DNA of 59,976 bases, filler included, from Basidioascus undulatus (lineage: Eukaryota), in the NCBI GenBank assembly GCA_000826855.1. It is 3 parts of 3 records of this genome, joined end to end, with 100 filler letters (N's around TTAATTAATTAA, not from the genome) between each part and the next. Parts side by side here need not be neighbours in the genome. Positions count along the whole stretch, not along the records: positions 1 to 19,932 come from JTLS01000390.1; positions 20,033 to 39,954 come from JTLS01000391.1; 1 more part is not named here. One strand, given 5' to 3'. Each line of letters starts with the position of its first letter. Position 1 is the stretch's first letter. The notes beneath the pieces were generated by a model. That model did not search any database and had not been told where the DNA came from. It saw only the letters and a program-made list of their open reading frames with translations. The position numbers were made by a program, and so were the translations under genes. This document shows, in pieces, positions 12,833-23,656 of the stretch.

Positions 12833-13519
12833 CTAATAGCGACAGGCAGAGTTCGCCAGACGGTCTGCCTCGGCATTATCCTCTCTTGCAATAGCCCAAA
12901 ACTCCACCTCGAGGCCGTCCTCCGCCATCTCCTCAATAGTCGAATCCAGCTCCTTCAGCTTGTTCCCATTAACAAGATCCCTACCGTTCGAGTCCTTCCA
13001 CCCGTTGTCCCTCCACGTAAACACCCACTCCGTCATGCTCTTCACGACGTAGGCCGAGTCGCTCGCCAGCACGACGCGGCTGACGCTAAAGTCTCCTCCG
13101 ACCGCGTCCCGCGCTACCTGCAGCGCGCGCAGAGCGGAGTGCGCCTCTGCGCGCTGGGACGTCTGCGGCTCGTTGCGCGGGAGGGGCTCCGAAACGTTGT
13201 AGCGCGAGGCAGGGCCGAAGAACGCGCCGACACCCGCGCGAGCGGCGGGCGTCCCGTTGTCCGCGCAGGCCCCGTCAACGAAGATGATGATCGAGCGCTT
13301 GTCCAGGATTTTGGTCTCGGGGTCTCTCATGGCTGAGAAGTAGAGTCGAGAGAAGGGCGCAGAGCGCTGAACGAGGTTCGAGACGGATCTGTTCGAAAGG
13401 CATGACTCCTGCGACGGGTCGTACACCCGAGGCATCGTGATTGTCGTGCCGCGCCAGTCCGTCGATACGGAGGCCCCCGGCGGGAGATCGTTGAGTATGC
13501 TTCGATGGGAGGGCAGCAT
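12833..13519 (-). CDS. Ribonuclease H (RNase HI-like), stand-alone and intronless
   Basis: IFVDGACADNG...AGVGAFFGP...QTSQRAE...LASDSAYVVKSMTEWV..W...W...NAEADRLA contains the D-E-D-D catalytic set. Confidence 0.92.
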   Translation of the reverse strand: MLPSHRSILNDLPPGASVSTDWRGTTITMPRVYDPSQESCLSNRSVSNLVQRSAPFSRLYFSAMRDPETKILDKRSIIIFVDGACADNGTPAARAGVGAFFGPASRYNVSEPLPRNEPQTSQRAEAHSALRALQVARDAVGGDFSVSRVVLASDSAYVVKSMTEWVFTWRDNGWKDSNGRDLVNGNKLKELDSTIEEMAEDGLEVEFWAIAREDNAEADRLANSACRY

Positions 13520-13900
13520 GTTTACGACTGAGATGATGGTCGCTCGTCAAAGCGTGACGGGATAAGACCGGCTCCGTCCCGACTCCCAAGGTTTCCGTGG
13601 AAACGTCCCGGACACTCACGACGCAGACTGCCAAACAAGGAAGATCCACTGTTTCCACAGATTGTGGTTGCGAAAGATCTACCAAACCGCGCTTCCTCAC
13701 AGATGTGGTGCCAGCGACCGATTCTAGCTCGCCATGCTCGAGACAGTTTAGACAATCAACCCAGCGCACGGCGAGTGCAGTATCAAGGTTTTATATTCCA
13801 ACAGCGCCTATACATTCAACAGAAACACAGGGGACAAGGAAAAGAGAAAGTGCCAGACCGGCCCGGCAGGGTTGTATCTTCTAGAGCGAAGCGCGAGAGT

Positions 13901-16705
13901 CTACGGACCCGGTTGCTGCTGCGACACGCCGTTGACGGCGGGGCTTGGAGGAGCTGGGGCGGCGGGGACAGGCTGCAGAGTCGGGACCTGCGCGGAGGGC
14001 TGCGGGTGCGGGACGGGGGCGTCCGCTGGAGGGACGGCTGCGGGTGCGGGTGCCAGGGCGGGTGCGGGGGCAGGCTCTGCGGCGAGGACGGCGGTGGGCT
14101 CGAATGCGGCGACGGCGGCGAGGTCGGCCAGGGTAGAGGTGTGCGTGGACTCGCGTTGGTCCGGGGCGGGCTCAGCGGTGGTGGTGCGCACGGCATCGCC
14201 GGCAGGTGCGGACCCGGACGCCTGAGCGTTCCCCTCCAACGGCGCGTCGCCCGAAGCCGCTGCCCCCGCAGGCGGCGTAGGCGTCTGCATAGCCGCCCAG
14301 CTCGTGCCCCCGAGCATAGCAAGCTCCTTCGCCCACCGTCCCTCCAGCTCAGGCGTGCCTCCCCCAAACCCATCCTCACTGCCTGCCCTGCCCCCAAAGC
14401 GCCTCTCGCGTTCCTTCGCGCGCTCCACACGCAGGCGCTCGCGCTCCTCGCGCTCCACGCGCTCGCGCTCCTGCCGCTCCTCCTCCGCGCGCAGGCGCTC
14501 CATCCGCGCCTCGTTCTCCGCGCGCGCGAGCTCCTGCCGCTCGCGCTCCTCGCGCTCCGACTCGCGTAGCGCGATCCGCGACGACCGCTTGCGCGTCGCG
14601 AAGACTGCTTCGGCGAGGCGCTTCTTCTCGGCTTCCTGCGAGAGGTTAAGGGGGAGGGGAGGGTCAGAATTGAGTAGGGGAGCGGATGTGGGGACGGGAA
14701 CGACGACGCACTTTCAGGACGGCGACAATCTTGGGCGCGATGTCCTCAGAGAGGAGCTTGTGCAACGCCTTCTCGTCCGGATGCTTGCTGCTCTCGAACT
14801 GCTTCGGGAAGTTTTCCCAGTCATACAGGCTGACGCAGACCTGCCGTCGCGATCACCCTCCAAGGTAAGCCACGGGCGGACGGCGTGTAAGGGGCACGGG
14901 AACAAGACCCACGCATTCCCACTCGAGCCAGTCGGGCTCCGGGTTGTTCATGATCTCGTCGACGACCCGCTTGTCGTCCGTGGCCGGCTCGGGCTTAGGC
15001 GCGGGCTCGTCCTCCTCCTCCGGCGCCTCCTCCTTCACCTCCTCCGTCTCCTCCTCTTCCTTTACCGGCTCCTCTTCGGCAGGCTGGGCCTCTACCTCCG
15101 CCTCTATCTCCGCCTCCGCCTCTGGTTCCGGCTTAGGCTCGAGCGGCGGCTCGGGCTCGGGCTCAGGTTCAGCCTCAGCCTCCGGCTCGGGCTTCTCCTC
15201 CAGCTCGAGTTCCGGCGGCTCGCTGAGCTCGGAGCTCTCGTCGCTCTCCGCATCCTCGACCTTCCCCTCCTCCAGCCACTCGGGCGGGATCTCCTGCCAC
15301 TCGGCCTCCTCTCCCCTGAGCCTGCTGCTCATGCGCGTACCGAGGCTGCTCCTGGGGCGCTTGCTCGGCGTCCCGTTCCCGTTGGCATTGCGCTCCGCGG
15401 CGCGCTTCATGCCCACGAGCGTCGTCGGCGTCGCGCGGATCGCCTCCTTCGCGCGCGTCGCGGCCGCGCGCGAGCGGCGCCGGCCGTCGAGGACGAGCGA
15501 CTCGGGCTCAGCCGCCGGCTCGGGGACCGGCTCGATCGGGATGTACTTCTTGTGCGACTTGCGCGCGGCGGCGGCGGAGGGGGTGGACGTGGAGGGAGTG
15601 GCGGGGGCGGCAGGCTGCTTCTTTTTGGATTTGGATGATTTGGCGGATTTGGCGGATTTGGAAGACTTGGAGGACTTTTTGGGCGCGGACGCTTTGGCAG
15701 GTTTGGGAGGTGCGGGGGGAGGATGTTGGACCCAGAGGCGATTGTCTGTTGGCGGTACGCACGATCAGCTTGGACGGGAGGAAATTGTGGGGTTTGGGTG
15801 ATACGGACCGTCGAAAAGCCAGTACGTGTTGTCCTTGGCGTCCCAGCCGATGGGGTCCACGCGCTGTGAGGGCGAGAAAGGGGTGAGACTGCGATGCTGG
15901 AGCACAATGAAGAGTTTCCCTGTGCTTACCCAAGTCTCCGGCAGCTCTTCCGACTTGAGCAGCTGGCGTAACCGGGTAGGGTTGTGCATGTGCCATTCGC
16001 AAAGTGTGTGCACCACCTTGACCTGCGAAACCCTCCAGATGAGCCCAACCCGATCAACTTTAGCGGAGTGTTTACTCGACGCACCTTGTCTGTCAGCGAC
16101 AGCGTCTCGAACGCGATCGGCTCCTCCTCCGTACCGAGCACGGGCGCGTCGGGCGTGCGACGCAGGTACTCGCGCCGGAGATAGTGCTGCCAGGTTTCGA
16201 GACTGCGAGGGGGAGCGTGAGCCGGCGCCGGAGCGAGAGCGGCGTAGGACAGACTGACGTGACGAGACGGTTGAGGGTAAGAGCGTAGAGGAGACGCGTC
16301 ATGAGCGTTGGGATGAGTTCCGTCTGCGTCCCGTCAAAGTCCTTCTCGAGTTCCTGTACGGTTGAAGCAGTGCATGAGCATCCCAGACTCATCTCCCCAT
16401 CCGCAGCACCCAGCCGACAAGCGGACGCACCTCGATGTTAAAGTCCGGCACGCTAAACGCGTCTTCGACTGTTCCCGATCGACAAAACGCGTCCATCATC
16501 AGCCCCCTAAGACGCGTCTTCCTCGAGCCGGGACGAGGTGGGGCGCGTCGGGGTGGGTTAAGGAGTACGCACACAGATACATGAACTGGCTGATAGCCGC
16601 GAACTGCCACATCTGCCGGAGCTGTGTGATGGTGGGGGAGGGTGGCAGGGGCGGCTGAGAGGGCGCATTGGAGAGCGCCATCGCCTGCGCGGACCGACGC
16701 GGCAT
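13901..16705 (-). CDS. DDT/WHIM1-type chromatin-remodelling-associated protein (RSF1/Ioc3-like family), multi-exon
   Basis: LRQMWQFAAISQF, DFNIE-ELEKDFDG, FETLSLTDKV-VVHTLCEWHM, WRVDPIGWDAKDNTYWLFD-NRLW, then acidic/Pro-rich and coiled-coil C-terminal regions. Family call made from motif recall only. Confidence 0.7.
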
Positions 16706-17946
16706 TATGGCAGCGACGACGAAGCCGGCGGCGGCGAGGACGCGGCGCGGGTGAGGGGGGCGGTGGCGAGCGCGTCAGGGGTGCCGGTGAGAATGGAATA
16801 CGCGACCGCGAGGGTGGGAAGAGAGTGGAATGCGCAGGCAGGAGCGGGCGACCTGAAAGAGAGCGAGATGGAGGACGCGTTCTTCCTGGGACGCGCGACT
16901 GCGATGATGGACGTCGAAGGACGACCCAGCCAGGGCCCAGGGGCGCGCGACTCACCCACCAGCTGCCTTCGTCCCACACTCCCACTTCGCGGCTTTTCCT
17001 TTCCACAACCTCTTCAGTTCCTCTTTGAGAAGTTCCTTAAAAAGGTTTAGAAGACCCAACTTCTCAAGAATTTCCAGGCTGGAGGGCCTGTTTCCTCGTG
17101 GAATCCGGTCGTTCCCCCACCTTCAACGACCAGTGCACTCCGGCCAATGCAGAATTTCTACGACACGGTGAAGAGTTCAAGGAAAGTAAAGAACATAATC
17201 AGAAACTCTGACAGAGCGCAGGCGATCCCATTCTCGGAGGAGGGACGTTCAAGGGTCACGTCTGAACTTGCCGCCTGCTGCTGTGCCATGAAACTGACGA
17301 GACGCACCCTCCTAAGCAGCACCGCCTTAGCAAGCAATAAAATTTCAACGAGTCGCTGCACTCAATGCCATGGAGAAAGGACGTGGGCCGGGCGAGGATG
17401 TACATGTATCCTGAGAAGCGCCTCGGGCAGCTGCACCCTTTCACCTTTCATCCTCTCTGCTGAGCGCGGTGTGCAGCGCACTGAATAAAGGTGTAATCTG
17501 CACTACTGCATTATGATACATTGAATGCCACAGCTCCAAGATGAGCATGGTAGTAGACCGATTCCGTCGGTTCTCTTGTGTGACGGTCAGCCTGTGCACA
17601 TCTACAGAATTGCAGCAGACCGCTAGATTCTCCGATTCCCCTCGGAGAGCTTTCAGCCTTTCCATTGGCCGCATAAATAACCGCCTGCGAAACATTTGCC
17701 AGCCGCAAGCACTGCCTGACGCTGGGTTGTGCGGCTAGCGCTAAAGGTGTTCTCCAGCAACAGCGCCGGATGCGCATCAGGGGTACGACATTGGATTAAA
17801 TGGACGTTTAGACGGGCACATTCTTTCATTTGACTGGCTTATGGCGGGAGGGCATGGCTTGACTAAAGATGAAAGAAAGAGGGAGAAAACAAACAGGGGA
17901 CTACAAGTAGCCAGCAGCTTCCGTGCGCCGCACTTCCGCAGGCCGC

Positions 17947-18721
17947 TCAGACATCGACGTAGCACACTGCGGCAGGGTCCGAGGAGAAGGGCTGGAAGCC
18001 GCCCCTTTCGTGGCCGCACTCCGGCTGTCTGTTGTCGGTGTCGTGGCACTGCGCGCCCTCCCAAGGTCACTCGGTGCGATTCGGACAGTGCAAGGTCACG
18101 GGCAGACTGTACGTACCCCGTGATTGTTGCAAAAGTTGAAGTTGACAAAGCCGCCCATGTGGTGGTACTGATCGGACCCGCATATGTGTGAACTGCATCG
18201 GTTTACGCAAGAAGCTAGAAGGGCGTGCGTGCATCGTAAATCTGAACCCGGATCGCATAGTCGAGGCCGCCCTGCGGAGGGACATCGCAGTATTTGGGAA
18301 ACCCATTCGGGTAGGCGTCTTCGGCCTCGCGGCAATTGACACTGCGATACAGTCATTCGAATGAAAGCGGCCTGTTACTTAGCCAGTAGATCACCAATCA
18401 TGCGAACCCAGAGCGCACAGTTCTCCAGTGCTCCCGTCCGGGTAAGTGACCTTCGTCGCGCCTGACATGTAGCTGTTCCCCTCGCCGGAGACGGGGTCGG
18501 GAAGCGTGAGCTCGATGAGATGACCTCGGTCTGATGGTCCGATAGAAAAATAACCAAGCGAACTTGTCCAAGCTGACTTCAAATTTGAACTACACCAAGC
18601 TTACCTTGAGACTGCCGGACTCGTCGGAAGGCTCGCGCTTGTCCAGGATGGGCTGAGAGACAGCGGGCCTGGAAGCGGAGAGTATGAACGCAACAGCAGC
18701 GATAAGCTTGGAGGGACGCAT
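17947..18721 (-). CDS. Small secreted cysteine-rich protein (5 exons), with an apparent frameshift near 18520
   Basis: Signal peptide MRPSKLIAAVAFILSASRPAVS and pro-peptide ending in KR. Later exons read IELTLPDPVSGEGNSY...VNCREAEDAYPNGFPKYCDVPP...YHHMGGFVNFNFCNNHG|CHDTDNRQPECGHERGG...AVCYVDV* (6 Cys). Confidence 0.65.
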
Positions 18722-19800
18722 CGTGGGTGAGAAGAGTCGTGAGAGTGGGGAAGTGAGCTGTTTGAGCGGGTGAGGGACGGCCGGGAACCGTCCATTCTTA
18801 AAAGTTGTGGGCTCCGACTGGAAGATGGTGTACACTGCTACACCGCTCGAGAAGACTGAAGAATCTAAGATCATAGGACACATGGTCTTCAAGGAGGTTC
18901 GTAAGACGTACCCGTACACTGTTACCCACTGAAAGCAAGCTATGAGGCACCTCGAGGCAGACACGGCCACGCAGCATCCGAGGCCGCTCTAATGACGCTC
19001 ATCCGTCCCCGTCCCACCCACGGCCGAAGAAATCTGGCCAAAAATACCGGATCACAGACCCTGGCATGCATGGGCATAACTACAGAAGCAGGGCGAGCAG
19101 TCGCATAACATACACCGTGGGCCGCTGGCGATTCCTGTGTTTTCAGAGCGGAGTCTCCGAGTCTGGCGGCCGGGGCACAACGAGGCGTGCTCTGGCTCCA
19201 CTGGGCTCTACAGGGCTAAATGGGCAGGATCGTAGTTTAAGCGAAGGACATCTTGTGCCGGGGACTATTGCTGAGGAGTTGTTCACTTCGTACGATGTCG
19301 GTTTTCATTGACTTACATGGCGGGACTGTGCGACTTTTCTTCGATGGGATTCTTTACCTTGAACTACCTTTAAATCTGACGGTAAGAGTATTCGAATATC
19401 CCACTTATCAAGAGGTATCGCCCCACTTTCATATTCCGTCGACCTTTGGACTGCCGCATGGTCAACAACATCGGCGGCGGCTGTGTTTGCGCGCCTGCCG
19501 GGCCTCAAAGAGACACTACAATGGGCCTTTCCTTGTATCTATGTAGCACCTACGTCAAATTCGAAGATCCGGGATTCCTTTCGTCAGCGGACGTCGGCAG
19601 CCAGTCATGACGACGTGTACTGTCTAGAGCCTGGTGGGATCGTGGTCGGGTCCCACTCTTCCATGCGGACCTAACACAGCCACGGAGCTACCGAGTATGT
19701 TTGCACCCACCGCGGTCCTCTGACGGCAAGTCGCAGCCGCACAAGGCTCCGACTACACACACCGCTCATTTGTGAAGATGCAATAATGAGTCCGCCTTCC

Positions 19801-19932
19801 TCACGCCCTCACGCCCTCATGACCCTTCCTCCCCTCCCTCCTCCCCCTCCAAAGCATTCCCATCCCTCCTCTCCTTCTCTCCCTCATCCACTTCCCCCTC
19901 CTCACCTTCCTCTTCTTCCTCTTCTTCCTCTT
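19801..19932 (-). CDS. Possible 3' fragment of an acidic (poly-Glu) protein truncated by the contig end
   Basis: Minus frame EEEEEEEEGEEGEVDEGEKERR...*. Could equally be a low-complexity purine tract. Confidence 0.3.
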   Translation of the reverse strand, partial: KRKKRKKRKVRRGKWMRERRRGGMGMLWRGRREGRKGHEGVRA

Positions 19933-20032
19933 NNNNNNNNNNNNNNNNNNNNNNNNNNNNNNNNNNNNNNNNNNNNTTAATTAATTAANNNNNNNNNNNN
20001 NNNNNNNNNNNNNNNNNNNNNNNNNNNNNNNN
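19933..20032. other. Artificial contig-joining linker N44-TTAATTAATTAA-N44
   Basis: Exactly 100 bp with stop codons in all six frames. An identical copy lies at 39955-40054. Confidence 0.97.
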
Positions 20033-22346
20033 GCGGGGGGATGGAGAGTGGGTGGGGCAGGAGGTGGAGCAGGGACAGACGGGAGCGGGGCAGGCGTGAC
20101 GTTGGATGCGCGCCGCTTGCGTGCGAAGCGGGATCTCGGTGGGTGATGTACCGCGGGGAGTTGCGCGTTGTTAGCGAAGCGTGGGGATGTGCGCTTCGTT
20201 GGCGTCGTGGGCGCTAAGTCGCCCGATAGCTCCGCTGACTTGGCGCGCTGCGAGGTCTCCGCGGGGGCGAGCGCCAGCGCGGCTTTCTCCGCTTGCCGAG
20301 GAGAACGGCGCTCGGTGGTGCTGACTAAGGGTGCGGACGCAGGAGTCTGCAAGGGGATCCGGATTATAAGCTTACGGTGTTGGGCGCACACAGACGGAAC
20401 TGTGCGTACCGAAGCGTCAGCTGCAGACGCAGTCATGCCCTTTTCGGGCGCGAGCTCGAGCTGCATGTTGAGCCCGGGAGATGTGCGAGTCGGCTGCGGT
20501 CCATGGTAATGTCAGCACCATATTTTCCCAAACACAGCTGTAATGTCACAACGGCGACTCACAGAACGCTGAGGAGCTGCCGAAGAGCCAAGTGCAGCCT
20601 GCTCAACCGTTTCGGCAGACTGTCCCCCAGCATCGAGTCAGCCAGATTCTATGCCCCTCGCGTCGCGAGAAAGTCACTGACCGACGGTTGAGCAGCTGCT
20701 GCTGTGTCTTCAGGAACAGCCTCCGGGGGGAGCGGGACGTCCTTCTGGAATCGCGGGGACCTGCGAGTCGGCTGCCGATCCCACTTCGTCGTAAGCGACC
20801 ACCCCTGTCAAATCACGCTAAATTATAGCAACATACCGAGCTCCCCACTCCCTCCTCTGCTCCCACCTCCACCGCATCCAACTCGGCGCGCGGGGACGTC
20901 CGCACCTTCCCTCCCGCAGGCTCGGACTCGGGCGGCGTGGGCGGGAGTTCGACCTCCTTGGCTATGCCGTTCCCGGCGCGCGGTGACCCTTTCAGATCGA
21001 GCTGCATCCCGTCCTCCGGCACGGCCGCCGTCCCGTCCGCCATCTCTTCGTCTGCGGGCGGAAGAGCGACATCCTTGCCCTTCCCTTTCGTGCGCGGGGA
21101 ACGACGCAGCTGCGGCTCTGGCTGCGGCTCCGGCTCCGGCAGCTGGTCCATCTCCATCGCGGTGCTTGCGTCCGCCTCGGAGGGAGGGAGGTCTGCGGGC
21201 GGCTTCCCGCGTGCGGAGCGGCGGAGCTCTGCTGGCGGGGCGCGCTTCGACTTCGATGTCGATGGGGGTGGAGGCGGGGATGAGGGTCTGGCACGTTTGG
21301 TGGATGGTCCCGCAGGCGATGGGGACGCGACGCGCTTGTTCGGTATCGGCTGAGGGGCCGACTCGTCGAGGGTGAGTGTTGAAATGTCGGGCTCAGCGAG
21401 GGGCGGGGGCGAGGAGGGCGAGGGTGAAGATGGGACGGAGGAGAGCGGAGAGGATGCGCGGGAGAAGGAGTCAAGATAGGGCTCAACCTCGGGCTCGGGC
21501 TCAACGGACGCAGATGCGAGATAAAAAGGAGAGAGGGAGACAAGCTCGGTCGAGCTGGACAAGTCGAGGGAGAGCAAGGGGGGCGGAGGAGGGGAGGACG
21601 CAGCGGAGGAGAGGGGCGAGGAGGCCAGGCTCGAGAGCGGCTCGGTCTCGGCGTCCGACCCGCCTTCCTCGTACTCGTCCACCGATTCGTCCTCCTCATC
21701 CTTCACAACTCGCTGCCCGGAAGACGGCGCAGGCGCCGATGGAGCCTTGGACGGCCGGGGCGGGCTGCTCAGCGCATCGTCGTCCGAGTCCTCCTCGTCG
21801 GACTTGTCCTGGCTCGAGAAGCCGTTGAACGTTCGCATACGCATCACGTACTTTTGCGCGAGGGTGTTGTAGTCGCCGTGCTGTTTGAGGAGAGCGTTCA
21901 CGCGGACGCTGGGTGTGGGACAAGACAGATGCGGAACAAGACAAGTCAGGGCAAAGGGGCTGAGAGGGCAAGGAACGGCGGGACGCACTAGTCGAGGTAG
22001 AGGCACTTGCCCTCGGGCTGTTCTAGGAGTGTCGCGCGGGAGGGGAACGGGGAGCGCGGGAAGGCGTTGGACGGGTAGACTAAGCGTGCCCAACGGATGA
22101 TGGTCTGGCTCTACATTCGCCAGGAAGCCTCGTTCAGCAGAAGACCAGGGTAAGCAAGAGTACAGGCACAGAACGTACGACTCGATCTTCGCCCTTGACC
22201 AAGGCGTCCCACGCGTCCATCTCCCACTTTGGCACATTGCACCTGCGCTGGCTGAAGCGAGCCTCGAGGCGCGCAGCCAGGTCGGGCACAGGCTCGTGCG
22301 ACTGCCAGACCGGGTCCGACTCGACCCACTCTTTGAGGTCGACCAT
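20033..22346 (-). CDS. Hypothetical protein with a short globular N-terminus and long S/P/E-rich disordered region carrying R(R/T)SPR motifs (3' end cut by the contig boundary)
   Basis: ATG at 22346 (MVDLKEWVESDPVWQSHEP...). Spliced exons with GT..AG boundaries lead into the long open frames 20813-21900 and 20033-20466. Confidence 0.65.
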
Positions 22347-23656
22347 CGCGCTCGGGGCGGGCGGTGGACGGCGTGGGAAGGGGGCGGGAAAGGGGGGAGA
22401 TGGCACCGCCGCCCTGGCCTGACTTGCGCGGGAGCGTTCACGCGGGGACGGGCGCCGGCGTAGGGTGCGCGCTGCTGACGATGGGGAGGTGGGCCGTAAC
22501 GGCGAGGATGGGGGTAGATAACGAGGAAGAGGAGCTGGTCGGGAGTTAAGAGAGATGGAATCGCATGTAAGCCAAAGCAGGCGGACGGACGAACGGTTCG
22601 ATCTTGCCGCGGCAGGTTGCGCACGCGGCTGTCATGAGGGGTAAAAAAGTCTCACTTTGGCACTTGCCCAGACCCGCATGCAAGTCAAAGCTTGACACGC
22701 AGTCTCTGTCAGTCCCCCAAACATCAACTTTCTAAGCAGTCGCAAACTCCTTCCTCTTGCAATGCAAACTCTTTTTTTCGTCGGTCAAAGTATAGCATTT
22801 TGTCAAGAGTGCCTGGTGATGGCTATCTCCGAGAACGGACTGGAAAGGCGCTACTGTCAAAACGGATCTGCGCCATGTTGACATGGCTCCACCGGGCCGA
22901 AGCGCTTTTGCGTGACCAACAGCGGCAGTTCTGTGTGGCTGTACGAACTTATACGAACGAACTACATATATGCACAGCAAGCGTAAAGATAAGGGTGCAG
23001 ACGGCGTGTATAAAAGGACGCCAGCTCGGAGAGCTTGACCATTTCAGCTCAAGTCCCCGCGGATTGCGACGGTGACGACCCACTGAAAGTTACCCAGATA
23101 ACACAGCTACAGGTCAGAGCACTGTAGTAACCATTCTTGTGTTCAGTATCTGTCATCTAATAACAGGAGGCAGTCATCCAGCTGCATGCTTTGGGCCAGA
23201 CGTGGAATCCACAGCGGCAGACCACTTTTTGAAAGGCAGCAAGCTATCTCCGAGCACATGCTTCTTAATCATGAATCACACGTTGTGCAAAATTATGTTG
23301 CCCCATGGAGCACATGTACATCCGAAAACTAGGGATGTACTGTTTATCGAGCGATACACAAGAACCTTCGAAATGGCACCTTCTCGCAGTGCTCGCCTGT
23401 CCCCCCAACTACACGCCTGCAAAATACATGTTCATGCCCAACTCTTCTCCATGTGAGCTACCTTTTAGGGCGCTCTGATTCCAGTGGCACTGTCAATCAG
23501 CGAACGGAGCTTCGTGAACCTTCAGGCAGCGCCCACTGCAGACTAAAGCCGACATGCAAATTTGACTGTTTACTCGCAGGTCTCCTCAAAGAGTCTCCAC
23601 AAAGAAAGTGACTTAAAGAGCGTAACCCTAATACACAGAGCTCAAAAACCTCATCC

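Noticed and set aside
12833..13519. RNase H as part of an LTR or LINE retrotransposon
   Set aside because: No RT, integrase, gag or terminal repeats nearby, and it has its own ATG and stop.
14304..15801. Long plus-strand ORFs (444 aa and 285 aa)
   Set aside because: Antisense shadows of the GC-rich, low-complexity DDT/WHIM1 gene.
19801..20466. One gene spanning the first N-gap
   Set aside because: The gap is an artificial linker between unrelated contigs.
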